DNA of 62,919 nucleotides, the filler included, from Rhabdomonas costata (Eukaryota), in assembly GCA_019059605.1 (NCBI GenBank). It is 43 parts of 43 records of this genome, joined end to end, with 100 filler letters (N's around TTAATTAATTAA, not from the genome) between each part and the next. Parts side by side here need not be neighbours in the genome. Positions count along the whole stretch, not along the records: positions 48,332 to 49,683 come from JAHMHO010017920.1; positions 49,784 to 51,154 come from JAHMHO010017921.1; positions 51,255 to 52,624 come from JAHMHO010017922.1; positions 52,725 to 54,095 come from JAHMHO010017923.1; positions 54,196 to 55,567 come from JAHMHO010017924.1; positions 55,668 to 57,035 come from JAHMHO010017925.1; positions 57,136 to 58,506 come from JAHMHO010017926.1; positions 58,607 to 59,977 come from JAHMHO010017927.1; 35 more parts are not named here. One strand, written 5' to 3'. Position 1 is the first letter of the stretch; each line of letters starts with the position of its first letter. Shown here piece by piece: positions 49,154 to 61,427 of this stretch. The translations under genes were made by a program, and so were the position numbers. The notes under the pieces were generated by a model. It saw nothing but the letters and a program-made list of their open reading frames with translations, was not told the origin of the DNA and did no database searches.

Positions 49154-49683
49154 TCATTTACGGGCATTCGGATTACTGGTCTTTTTTTCTTTTGGTTTTC
49201 TTATTTTCAGTGGAAATACGGTTTTATGAATTTCAATCAACTTCGCAATTTCGCAGTGTTTTTTCTGTTCTCCAACACAAACATCTCTGAGGAAGCGCAA
49301 TCTGGGGCAGCGTAAGAAGGGCTTCGCCAGGGGGTTCGAAATAGACGAGAGGTCAACGCAAGTTCGCTGCCTTGGTGGCTGGTTGACGATGCGCAGCGCC
49401 ATGTTATGCCGGGCCACTTCAATTCGTATGCCAAGGTCGATCCAACAGCCCAAGAATCGTGCTGCCTGAAAAGGATCGTTCCTCATCCTTCTTTCCCTGC
49501 GGTATGTTCTTTCCACAGCGACGGTCTTCTCCTCCGGTGAAGGCTGGCACTCTCTTCCGGAGGCTTCTGCAAAAGGGGTGTTCTTCCTTGAGAGACGTCG
49601 GAGGCCATTAACCACTGGTTTACGGCAGAACAAATGCGAAGAGATGAAAAACCCATTCGGAAAATATCTGCACCCCCACACCC
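49154..49683 (-). mobile_element. Possible decayed 3' region of an RLE-type non-LTR retrotransposon
   Basis: RFLGCW...IEVARHNMALRIV then ...KLIEI resembles the H.L..C...RHN and endonuclease layout. Zinc ligands and the PD motif are eroded. Confidence 0.35.
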
Positions 49684-49876
49684 NNNNNNNNNNNNNNNNN
49701 NNNNNNNNNNNNNNNNNNNNNNNNNNNTTAATTAATTAANNNNNNNNNNNNNNNNNNNNNNNNNNNNNNNNNNNNNNNNNNNNAAAGAAGTACTTCCCTT
49801 TCTTTTTTGTTGGCAAAGCTTACCTGGGAAGGATGACTGCGTACGAGGTGGTTGAAGGAAGAAGGACAGAGCAAAC

Positions 49877-50999
49877 CTCCTGTTGAACAGAGCATGCGAA
49901 GCTGATAGCCTTCACCGCGTCCTTGAACGCCACAACGAAACCGAAACCTGGAACAGGAATCACGAATGCTTTCTTAGGTAAGGTGGTGTGAATAGGGGAC
50001 AGGATGCGGAAACCAGGCAATCGGAGCAACGACGGCAAATGGGTCGTTAGGTTACCAGGTTACATAGGCTGCTCGGACTGTGGCACAGTGACTGAAGGGT
50101 GCGAGATGCCTTATCTCTTGGAACATCACAAACGGGCAGCAAAACCCACCAATAGCAGAACCCTCGAACTCACATCATCTGCCGAAGCTCCCACATCCTC
50201 CTAAAAGCGAGATATGGTACAAGACAAGGGCACCAGAGCACGAGGCACGAGCAGAAGCCCAAGAAGCATTGCGACAGAAGTTTCCTGACACGCTGGAAAA
50301 GCTAGGGCTCGGGGCGGTGGGGCTCACCTTGGGACTCCACCTCGTACCCATCGTTGGCCGCGATGGCCCCCGTAATGAGCATGTTGTGGATCTGCATGCA
50401 CGCCTTCCAGGCCTGCCCCTCCTCCCGAGCCATGTCCTTCATCCATAGCTGCATCGCTCCTGAAGGGCGCAACACACCCGCCCTCGCAACCAAAACAAAA
50501 ACGATGAGGAAGAGTCTACTGCGCTTCTGCTCTTCTTCTGAGCTGGGGGACACGTGCATCGCCACCTAGACAATAAAGACAAGGTATCAACAATAAATTG
50601 CTCCGCTTTGTGCGCCACTTCGTTTTTTACGCCTTATGTTGAGGGAAGCCTTATTGAGCAACAATTACTCTTAAGCAAGACATTGATTCGCGCGTTCCGG
50701 GACGAGCTCGAGACATTATGACAATTATGCCAGTAGATGACCCCAGGGTGTTCAAGGGTTCGCCCCCTGCCTCAGAGAATAGTCTCCACAACTTCAAACA
50801 ACCTGAAGGTCTAAACCAATGACCGCGAGAGGTGCAAAGTGCTCCGTCGCACGTAACAGAACCTGAGAAGAGAGACAGGCACGTGGCACTCACCCTCGAT
50901 GGTGGTGAAGACAAGGGTGGCCTCCTCCCGCGGAGCGCTGGAAAACGAGGGGACTTCTGGAATCGGCTTGCTGACCACTTCTACCACATTCTCAGACTG
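49877..50999 (-). CDS. Trypanosome/fungal-type class III cyclase domain lacking both metal-binding Asp, 3 exons
   Basis: Exons 50894..50999, 50328..50459 and 49877..49947 splice GT-AG in phase to APREEATLVFTTIEGAMQLW...CMQIHNMLITGAIAANDGYEVESQGFGFVVAFKDAVKAISFACSVQQE. Confidence 0.9.
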
Positions 51000-52724
51000 C
51001 TGGGGAGATGGGGACAAAAAAGGGGTTGAACAAAGTGAAAACATAGTGCGCAACAGTGCGACACACACACACACAAACACACTGAGCTGGGTATGAAGGG
51101 AGAACACTGGTACGGATACTGTCAGGCACCAAGGTCGGCTCAATCCTACCCCCANNNNNNNNNNNNNNNNNNNNNNNNNNNNNNNNNNNNNNNNNNNNTT
51201 AATTAATTAANNNNNNNNNNNNNNNNNNNNNNNNNNNNNNNNNNNNNNNNNNNNGCGCACGGCACGCGCACAAGCACATGTGCATAACTGAATGTCCAGA
51301 GTCCGATGTTTTGGAGGAGTTGCACAAACCACTTATCCGTGCAAAGTTTGCGCGGATCAAATCCACCCGTCCTTTCGAGGCAGAAAACCATCAGATCTAC
51401 CAGGAAACCATCAGAGCTATCTGGTGTCAGGGAAGAAGGTTGCGATGGGTGCTGACGCTTGCAAACCTCAATCGCCGCTGCAACACAAGAGTGCGAGAGA
51501 GAAAAACCAAGCAAGCTCACCGCTTTGGAAAACGCGCAGAAGGGGTGCAGGCCACCACTGTCCCCAGCAGGTGACGGAGCTTCTCTGCAGGATTCCGGTG
51601 CGACGAAATCTGCTCAGCTGAAAAAGCAAACCCGTGCCCACCCACCAATTACCCACAGCAAAAAAACATCCCCACCTCTGCCTGCCACCAGCACAGATTG
51701 GCACACCGCCTTGGGGGAGCCGCTGGTTCTTCTCCGTAGAGGAACCCTCCGGGGCGGTCCGAAACAACGGCAAGCCAAGCACCCGCACGGTGAGCTGAGG
51801 TGAGCTCCGCTCTGGGGGGGAGACTGGCACCCCACTGGCGCCCTCGCCATCCCATGGGCCCTCGCTGGTCGACCGAAGCGCAGCACCCGTTGCAGCGCGG
51901 GGCCGTGGGCCAACCACAACCGCTGGGGAGCATGTCAGCACTCCGGAGACCACAGAGGAGGCGGCAAACAGGCTGGGGACGAGTCTCTCGGGGTCCACCT
52001 AGTCCCATAGGCAGAGCCGGAAAGCAGCCAGTAAAGTTGAAGTGAAGCGCTTTTTTCGTTTCGTCAAAGGAGCTATTCACAGAACATAAGGCCTTGAGGG
52101 AAAGGCTGATCACACCTTGTTCAGTAGAAGAACCACCTCAGGTTCAAACGGAGATGAGGTTCCCTCTGAGCGAGAAAGGATGGAGCAGAAGGCAGGGAAA
52201 ATAGCGTGCACAGCACCTGGGAAACGTTAACTTTTTTTTTTGGCGCAGGAGCCCTGTGGGGACCCCCAAATACTGCATTTTGGAACACCCCAACCCACCC
52301 GGTTTACATTCCACGCGATGCAGGTCTCATCCACCAGGCATCATCAACGAAAGGTTCTACAAGAGCAGCACCCCCCCCCCCCACGGCAAAGCCCCTAACA
52401 GAGGGCACGGAGCTCCGGAACGTCAGCGCGGTATCCAGGAGCTGCAGGTGGGGCAGCGTGGCAGGGCAGCACAGCTCGGTGCCCTCCACCACCATCACCA
52501 AGACGTTGCAGACTCGCAGCAGAAACAGCAGCACAGACGCACTGCCAGGAAAAAGAATGAATAGAAAGGCACACACACACACACACAAGGCAGAGAGGGA
52601 GGCTGCATGTGAGGACAACCCACANNNNNNNNNNNNNNNNNNNNNNNNNNNNNNNNNNNNNNNNNNNNTTAATTAATTAANNNNNNNNNNNNNNNNNNNN
52701 NNNNNNNNNNNNNNNNNNNNNNNN

Positions 52725-53351
52725 CCCGTGGACATCCTTCGGCTTGAGTTTGACTGCAGCGTTTCCCAAATCTACATTGAAGTGGATGCCGTGAAGCTGG
52801 TGGGGACATACGATGCGCCGGGTGCGCAGGTTGGTCCTCCTCATGAGCTGTTCTACAAGCCGTTTCCGCTGCACGATGGGCAGGACAGCTTCAGTTTTTC
52901 TCTCTCGGACTGCCCCAACCAATTCTTGTGGATCAGCAACCCTTATACTTTCACCCTCTCGATCGCTTCCATCGACCATGCCCCTGTGGCTGCTACCTTT
53001 CCCCCAGTAGTAGCGGAGCAGAGCGTCCCCGTGGCTGTTCCTCTGAACGGGACCTCGCTGGATCACCCGCTGTGGGAGCTGACCTGGGTGGTGCGCGGGC
53101 TGCCCTCGCGGGGAGTTCTTCTGTATAATGGCAGCGAGGTTGGTATCAATGCCTCTCTACCTTTCCACGCTGAGCTGAAGTACAAGGCCAGTCTCACGGT
53201 CGGCATGTTTCCGCCGTGCGGTGATGCCTTTACGGACAACTTCATCTTGCAGCTGTACGATGGAGAGCTGTTCGACTCTGTGCGGACTTTGAGCATTGTT
53301 TCGATGAGATGCGATAACTGCCCGGCTCCCTACGTGCTGAACGTTGAGCAG
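52725..53351 (+). CDS. Extracellular beta-sandwich region: jelly-roll end plus cadherin/Ig-like repeats (partial)
   Basis: ILRLEFD...EVDAVKLVG, LFYKP...GQDSFSFSLSD, DHAPVA, GLPSRGVL, DNFILQLYDG. Donor CAG|GTACGA. Confidence 0.65.
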
Positions 53352-54285
53352 GTACGATGGGTTTAAACGCCGTGCACTTCTTGCCTGATTATGGACAGCG
53401 GATGCTGTTTTCGAATCTTTTGGACTTGCAGATATCGTTTCACTTTGCGGTTCTTTTCCTTGTGCTCCCTCACTGTTCAATCTGCCTACCTGTGTCACTC
53501 TGCCTAACGGTGCGGATTTCCTTGGTTTCATGGAGTTCAAATACCGGTGTGCTGGCCCGTTGCGTACACTGGTGCACTCGATTGTCGCATTGTCCGAGTT
53601 TTGCCATAGTTAAGGAATATTTGCCCCCATTCCTGTCGTCGTAAACACTGAGAAAAAAGATAAACAGCATCTCTCTGTCAGCGCGCAGAGGTCTTCGTCT
53701 GCAGGAGTGGAGTGGGGGGTGAGTTGTGGCGAAAGATTGGCATGCTTGCATGTTGTCTTTTGTGCTTTGTGGTTTTGCACGAAGGCCATCTGTGTTTCCT
53801 GCGGGGCTGGATGGAAGCTGGAAACCTCCGACGGGCGCTCACAGTGCGTTCCAGGTGTGCGCTTGTACGCTTGAGTATAGAGAAAAGACCCCAGGCCTGC
53901 TTCGGCTTTGCCCTCTTTGCTGTGCTCTTGTGTTCAGAGCTTATGTTTTGTTTTTTGGTGGATGGGGGTGGGATGGGGTCGAGGACTTCGCTTCGTCCCA
54001 ATGTAGTGTCGCGTCACGAAAATCAGACCCACACACCTGCGGAAGTTAAAACACCAGCTAAACATGTCGCATGCAAAGAGAATGAATATCACATGNNNNN
54101 NNNNNNNNNNNNNNNNNNNNNNNNNNNNNNNNNNNNNNNTTAATTAATTAANNNNNNNNNNNNNNNNNNNNNNNNNNNNNNNNNNNNNNNNNNNNGTTGT
54201 GCAAAAAAACAAATGTGGCCGCTTCCAGATGGAACAAATAAAGGCTGAAGCCGATGGTCTTACCAAGACATGGTGATAGGAATGC

Positions 54286-54297
54286 GAGCGAGAGCGC

Positions 54298-54332
<35 letters not shown>

Positions 54333-54343
54333 AGAGAGAGAGA
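54286..54343. repeat. (GA)n microsatellite, imperfect
   Basis: Direct inspection. Confidence 0.95.
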
Positions 54344-55667
54344 CAATATGGCTGGGTCCTTTTTCGAAACTATGATGGAGGCAGTGCTGACTTATGCGCC
54401 GTTCTGGCTGCACAAAAATCAGAGGGTAAACTATCATTCAAACAAACATGGTAACACAGGCAACCATAGCGGCCGTCCATTATTGGTGGATCACGTCCAA
54501 CCATCTGCGTTTTTCTTGTGCCTATTCGAGGCGCAGTCTTAGCTTGACAGAATTGGATGCAAATGGTGGTCATGTCTATGCTGCTTATGTAAAACTTGCG
54601 GTGCTGATGTGTGAATTTGTGTGTGTGGCCTCCAGACGAGCGGCTGAACTTATTGAGCTGCTGCTCATTTCTGTGGGATTTTTGCCGGCGTATCGGGTCG
54701 CTCAGTTTATGGATGCTCGCCTGTAGTTGAAAGTGTGGTTTCCGGTTAATGCCGTCTAGGCATATTGGACTGACTTTGGTTGCCAGTGCGAGTGCGAGAG
54801 TGTTAATGTGAGGATACGGTTGGAGCGGCAGGACCACACTAGCCCAGCTCTACTGTGAGTGCTTCTTGTATTAGTTGTGGCAGTACATCGCCACAAAAGT
54901 AAGGTGACTCTATCATCCACGCAGAGTTGTTTATTTAAGGCCTGCTATACACAACAACGTTGTGGATTATGGCTTTTGACTGCGAGCTGCAAGTTTAATG
55001 CCCCAACACCTGCTATTGACAAACGTGCTGTGCGCTGTCTCTTGCGGTAAAAAAAACTAGCATAAAAAGTGAGTTGCACGCCAGCTGGCGTGAATGTGGA
55101 GTGCAGTGGGTTAGGGTTGTTTTTGACTTGCATGTTTGAAAGCGTTTATATTTCTTTAACGCTCGTATTTCCTGTGCATGTCTACACTTAACTCGTTTCA
55201 CTGGCGATGTTACTTTTGCGGTTTCCGCAAGGCATTGAATGTAAAAATCTCTAAGTATAACAACAGAAATACAAGATGTGTGCGGTACATGTGAATTCAG
55301 CGTTGCGCATCCGAAGCGATCCCAAAAGTGGTGGGACTGTAATGTGGATATCATGCATGGAATGAGTTCACAACAGAGAGTTGTCTAATTGGATGAATTT
55401 TTCTTTAAAAGAGCTGAAATTGCGGGTACCTTGCCAAATATATCTTTCCATACACCAAATAATTAGCACACAAATCACAAAATATTATCGAGATCTGATA
55501 CAAAAAGAAACCCATTTTGTCATTTGGACACTGTAGGCGTAGGAATAGCAAACACACAAACAAAACCNNNNNNNNNNNNNNNNNNNNNNNNNNNNNNNNN
55601 NNNNNNNNNNNTTAATTAATTAANNNNNNNNNNNNNNNNNNNNNNNNNNNNNNNNNNNNNNNNNNNN

Positions 55668-56813
55668 TTTGTGGTGGGGCGGCGCACCAATCGTGAGGAG
55701 CTGCTGGCGAAGATGAGGATGGAGGACTACGGGGCGGTCGCGCGGGCTCTGCAGGCCAACTCTGCGAGGCTGCGGCAAGAGCTCTCCACGGCGCTGCACC
55801 AGCGGCACCGGCAGTGCGGTCGAGGGGTGCTGCACGGGCGCTACTCTGGGTGTGGAGAGATCCAGGAGCATCTAATTGGGTTGTGGAATGGTGATGCTTA
55901 TCAATATGCTTTACAATGCATGACCCCATTCAAGCACCTGTTCGTTTTTTTTTTGCATTCTATGGTTTCGTTCCTGATGTATCTGCAGTTCGCCCACATT
56001 GAATCTTGATAACGGGTTTCCTTCGTGGGTATCTTTCTTTGGGGACAGGGTTCCGGAGAACACTTACAGTATTGGTTTCGTTCTAATGGGTCGCGCAGAG
56101 TTTTGATTTCTTATTTCTGAAAAGGGAACGTTGTTGAGAAGGTAGGAGCGAGAACAGTATGAATGGTCTGCAAATGCCACATCCTTCGGGCCACAGGACT
56201 GGCAAACGCCTGTCAATGTCCATCCTCTCACTATCTCTCCCTGATCACAGCCAATTTGACCCTTGTGGGGTACCCCGGCTGAAGTGCGGGTGCAGGGATG
56301 TCTTCCACACACCCCGGCCCTCGCCCCGGCCCTCAACGGTACTCTCGCTGCAGGTCGACCGCTCGCAGAGCATGGCGGGCGGCGCCAAGCTGGCGCTGGC
56401 CCGCGCCGCTGCGGTGATGTTCCTGGAGACGCTCTCCTTCCTGCCCTCCGTGCGGTGTGAGCTGGGCGCCTTCGACGACGCCGCGGTGCTGCTCAAGGGT
56501 GAGTCCTTGCCACCCGTGTTGCAAGAGCGTTTCCCTCACTTGTCCAGTCTCATGTTGTGTCTGGTGTCTTGTTGCTACCGGTGGTCCTGCCATGGATGAC
56601 TTTTCTAAAGCATCGTTTTTCGATCCTCTTTCGACCGAAGCTGACGTGGCTTTGGCGTGTGCAGGATGCACGCAACCGTTGACGCTGAAGCTGAAGCACG
56701 ACGCCTTTGCCGCGCTTGCGCGCCCCGCCGGGGTGACCACCCGGGCCGAGATGGCTCTCTCCGAGGCTCTGGATCGGGTCACCGCGGTGCCTGGGGCGGC
56801 CTCCTCGCAGAAG
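55668..56813 (+). CDS. VWA (MIDAS) domain protein, CobT/NorD/midasin-like, multi-exon, partial
   Basis: Exon 56296..56498 DVF...VLSLQVDRSQSMAGGAKLALARAAAVMFLETL...ELGAFDD splices in phase to 56665..56813 GVTTRAEMALSEALDR. An upstream exon starts at the contig edge. Confidence 0.8.
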
Positions 56814-57448
56814 GTGAATTTGGATTCAAGACCTCACCTCACCCCGCCCCCGTCGAATCGAGAAAAGGTGTAACCTCCATTGATCAAAAATATGTATCCT
56901 TCCCTGGAAACCAGTGAAATCCAGACTTTTTCCGAGGGGGGGGGGGGTGCTGTTCCCACAAACCCCTAAAAACTACCGTGAACCGGTCTCCAACTGCAAT
57001 ATTCTTGACATTGTACCTTTTTATTCCAGTGAGCANNNNNNNNNNNNNNNNNNNNNNNNNNNNNNNNNNNNNNNNNNNNTTAATTAATTAANNNNNNNNN
57101 NNNNNNNNNNNNNNNNNNNNNNNNNNNNNNNNNNNGGGGTGTTGGCAAGGGTTTTTTTGAGTTTTGCTTATGCGCTAGTGCATTTATGCCTTTGTTTACA
57201 ACTGAGGCCACATGACGAGAGCCTGGAGTCATGATCTCAAGCATTGCGAACCAAACCTGGAGACCCTTTCTGGAACTCGATGAACCACATAATTTGGAGA
57301 AATTATGCAACGGCACATGGCGCACATCACGGGCGAGAATTCTGCCACCTTCACTGTTTCCTGCGCTTTGCTGTTTGCAAAAATTAGGAAAGACACAGAG
57401 CAAGAGTGTGACACCCCAAAAGGCTGCAAGGCAACTGGGATGACCCTC

Positions 57449-58500
57449 TCATCTAAATCTAGATGGGTTTGTAGCAGCGGAGTCATCATGCTCGGAGTTT
57501 TCCGAAAGGTCTGAGAGGTCCAGCCGGGGGATGGAGTTCTCCGCAGCCTTCTCCGAGAGGTTGGCGTGGGTGTACAGCACGATCCCAGCCATCGCCAGCA
57601 AACACCCAAACAGAGTAATGGGGCGGTAGTTCTGGCCGAACAGAAGGTACCCCCCAGCCATCATGATGATACTCTTGAGCTGGCCCAGCAGCACGTGAGT
57701 CATCGCGCTGCATCGCCCGATCACTAGAAACCCGGACCAATTTACCAGGAACGCTCCCAGGCCCGTGCACAGCAGCGCAACAACTGATTTGGAAGTAAAC
57801 GGGAACGCCAGCAGGCCAGGAGGGTCAAGAACTAAGCCCAGCGCCATGGTGGCAAATGTGGCGAAGGGGTAAATTCGGAACATCAGCCCAAAGGTGGGCC
57901 ACCCCTCGACGTTCTCCGCTCGAGACCACAGCACTTTGTACCCTGCAGCGACGAAGGTCCACAGAAAGGCAACGGCAGTTCCCCCGGCCGAGAAGTGGAG
58001 GTCAGTCACCGTGGCCATGGAAATCCCCGCCGTCGTCATCAGCAGAAACGCGACCTTCAATTGGGATATACCTGAGCCCCGAAACGCGTAAGAGCTGCTA
58101 TACGCAAATCAATGCAGTGGTTTTCTTACTGACCCACAGTCTATATAACAGCTGCTCCGCAACGAATGCCCAAACAACGGTAGCGAGTAAGGGAACACGT
58201 TGGCGAATTCAGAATTCCAGAAAACGGCGTTCTACGGGCCTAAACCTGGGGCCTGCAATACTGTCCCCAGAATCCAAAAACTGCTTACTCCTGGTCCTTG
58301 CCACTGTGGTTTACAGCCGAATAGGTAACCTATAAGGTCACAATGACACCACAAGGTCACTGCGAAGGGAACAAAAAAATACCCTTCCCAGTGAAGAGAT
58401 ACTCCAGCAGAACAATCAAGGGGATGACCAGAAGCTTCAGAACTTGGTACACCCCAATGGAATTCAGGCGAAGAGAGACGTTGTTGAGCGGCGCGCACCA
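57449..58500 (-). CDS. Nucleotide-sugar/triose-phosphate transporter family (SLC35E3/UXT-like), 3' part
   Basis: Exon 58383..58500 NVSLRLNSIGVYQVLKL. Exon 57449..58071 GISMATVTD...VNWSGFLVIGRCSAMTHVLLGQLKS...GIVLY to stop. GT-AG intron in phase. Confidence 0.93.
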
Positions 58501-58748
58501 ACCCCCNNNNNNNNNNNNNNNNNNNNNNNNNNNNNNNNNNNNNNNNNNNNTTAATTAATTAANNNNNNNNNNNNNNNNNNNNNNNNNNNNNNNNNNNNNN
58601 NNNNNNAATGTCGTTTTGGTTTTCCTTAATTGGGACGTTTAAAAAGATTGAGAATCCATGGAACATCGCGCTTTGTCGAGCTCTCCCAACATTGCCCAAA
58701 AAGATTACACACACACAGACAGAGAGAAAGAGAGCTGCGAAGGTACAC

Positions 58749-59348
58749 CTCCCTCAGAGCCTGCCTCGCCTCCTCCACGGACTGTGCCAAGCCGATCCGG
58801 GCCAGCACCTGCCGGTCATCAGGGAGCAGCGGCTCCACAGCGTACTCCGCGTGCCGAGAAATCTCCTGGGAAGGCGTGGGGGGGGGGCAATGGAGGGGCA
58901 CCAGGAAGGACGGGATGCGATTCCCCGCAGTCATCTGGGCACTTTCTTACACCGTTAATCCCTCCCCCTCTACAAAATATTTCAGGGGATTCGAGCTCAG
59001 CTCCTTAACTCGACTGCCTCGCCTCGTCTGTGCGTGCTTTTGTGTGTACGTCTGTAATTAGGAGTTATCATGCGAATGGGCGCCTCCATAGCATCAAAAG
59101 GCGTTCCCAGGCTGAACAGGGGGAAGAACATAGGAACGTTCTCAAAACTAAGGCTGGAAAACCCTTCTTCACACGCACATTTCCCTGAATTAAATGCATC
59201 CCTGGCGACCAACGCTGCTCTGCCCGCCTTCGACACTACCAACTCAGCCCACCTCGCGAACTCGCGGGTAATCCCTATGGTTCAAGAAGCCCAGCAGGTG
59301 CAGCAGCCGCGTGGAGGCGTCCACTCCAGGAAGACTCCCACATTCAAC
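58749..59348 (-). CDS. Two phase-0 exons of an unknown helical protein
   Basis: 59253..59348 VECGSLPG...DYPRVRE and 58749..58865 EISRHAEY...RQALRE, both bounded by CAG and GT. Confidence 0.6.
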
Positions 59349-60205
59349 CTGAAAGCCAGGTCGCAACGATCTAAAGCAGAAAGAAGGGCCTGTGGCGAAG
59401 CCGTTCTGGACCCCTTTGTGTCCAGGTTGAGGTTTTGACAAAGTCCTTTTTCCCCTTTAGCTGTGGTGAAAGCAAGGGTAACGTTCAAATGAAAGCCAAC
59501 CTGTATTCAAGAGAGGGCTCAGAGTCCCAATGGGAGTCAATCTCACCCATGCTTTTCTGCCCATAATCGTTTGTTCTGGTTGCAGTCCACGGCAGCTCAG
59601 AGCCGAAGAGCTCCGATATCGCTCGCCCGCACCTTTGTTACACTTGGGATGGAAATGAGATCGCACCACATTAACTGAGTCACACGCACACACACATCTG
59701 AGTCGCACATTACATGAGTCCGCAACATTATTTGCACGAGGAAGTGCTCTCCACCCGCTGTGCCCCGCCCCTGCCTTGCCACTGGCACTTCGCCAGTACC
59801 TTTCCCCAACTTTGTTCGTTTTATTCGTTTTATTCGTAAACCACCCGCGATCTGCATTGCTGAGGTCCCACCTAGTGAGGGAAATCCTCCGAGAAAACGG
59901 ATATCAGCGCACACCGCGCAGTCGAAAACAAACAGGGCCCTCTCCAAGGTCTGCAGGATGGCCGGGGTAGCCCACAANNNNNNNNNNNNNNNNNNNNNNN
60001 NNNNNNNNNNNNNNNNNNNNNTTAATTAATTAANNNNNNNNNNNNNNNNNNNNNNNNNNNNNNNNNNNNNNNNNNNNGTGTCCTCATCGGGGCTGGTGTT
60101 CTATTGTTTTACTGACATTGAGATGCTGTCTTCTTGTCCTCCGTTTGCTATCTGTATTGCATCTGTGACTCGAAATGAAGTCCTTGAATCAGCGCTCATT
60201 CCGTA

Positions 60206-60230
60206 GTGGTGGTGGTGGTGGTGGTGGTGG
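60206..60230. repeat. (GGT)n microsatellite
   Basis: Direct inspection. Confidence 0.95.
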
Positions 60231-60386
60231 CAGTGCTGGCAAACAATTGTAATTCGCGGAGATACACGTAATTGTGTTCTGGGACTCATTCCAATACCGT
60301 ACGTCAAGGCAGATGGAGTGGGGGTGGGATGGTGTTTTCTTTGGTTTTGTGAGTGCGGCCGCGTGTACTTGCGCGGCGCGGCGCAG

Positions 60387-61427
60387 GTATACGCTGAGAA
60401 TAGGGCCTCGGGGTTCAGGCAGAGATTCGACTCCCTGCCTGACCTGCTGTTTGAGTGGCTACCTTACATCCAGAAGGGGCCGCCGGGCATGGGCCACATG
60501 GGATGGGTGCGCCTTTGCTTGCTTTCGAACCGCCTCCCCATTTGAGAATTGTGCAGACAATACAGAGTGGGTGGGTGGGGTATTCCGTAGAATGAACAGC
60601 CACTTTCTTTCAGTCCAGCAAATACTGTCATCTTAAACCAATATTCGTTTCCCTTGATGTATGCCTTTACTCCCGTATTATCTAAGGTTGTGCTTGCCCC
60701 ATTGGCAGCTTCAGTTGCAAAGCTGTTTTTTCCCCTTTTTTCAAGGATCAGTGCCTTGACTTCCTATCTTTTCGTTGAAGGCTGTCTCTTCTCCATTGTG
60801 TCGGGCTGGCTCAGCTTGCTAGCCTCCCTGGTGGTGGTTTCCCTTAATACGTGCCGTTTAGTTTGCAGAGAAGCGAGCATGCACCACACCCCGAAAAGGG
60901 TTTCTCGCCCCAGTGTTGGGCGCCGGGTGGGTGGCGCGTTTTTGTACTTATGCCTGGGACACATGGGGCAGGCGGAGGGTCTTGGCTTGTTGTCTGGTGA
61001 GCCGGCACCCCACGTCTGACAACAGAGCTATAGGACCCTCCGTGCGAGCACCCAGGGCTGCGCGCGTCTTAGCTTAGGGGAAGGTTGTCTTTTGTTTCAA
61101 TCATCGCGCTCCTTCACGTGCGTGTGTGTGTGCGTGTATGTGTGTGCTTCTTTGTCTGTACATCGTACAAACGCACAAACGTACACAAACGCTAACAAAC
61201 AGACACTCTAAGTCAAAGAAGAAGAAGAAACCGTGTGAACGTGTATCTTCCCGGATGATAATTGGCCTGTGCGCGCATTGTTGCCAGTCGACCCTTCGGC
61301 ACACATCCGGTATCCCCGCGCAGGCTGATGTGTGGCTCCTTGGGTTTGTGGCGGTCACTCTTCTGAGGTTCGTTCCTGTGCCAGGCATGCGGCTGACCAT
61401 CCTGCGCCGCTGGCTCTTCTGCCTGGG
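60387..61427 (+). CDS. Sphingomyelin/IPC synthase family protein, 2 exons, partial
   Basis: 60387..60506 DSLPDLLFEWLPYI (D1-like) splices in phase to 61324..61427 ADVWLLGFVAVTLLRF...TILRRWLFCLG (start of the D2 RR motif). Confidence 0.75.
60879..61080 (+). repeat. Structured interspersed repeat, copy A (inside sphingolipid synthase intron)
   Basis: Homologous to 43116..43359(-) and 18354..18493(+). Contains nested complementary segments. Confidence 0.92.

Noticed and set aside
22156-53351. A clustered sensing/defence locus (BMP, cyclases, RNF213, ART, PstS)
   Set aside because: Each piece is on a separate contig, so adjacency is artificial.
60879-61080. Structured repeat as an HDV-like ribozyme or 5S/7SL/tRNA-derived SINE
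   Set aside because: P3/L3 and P1.1 are not conserved among copies; only very short resemblances to 5S or 7SL; no A/B boxes.
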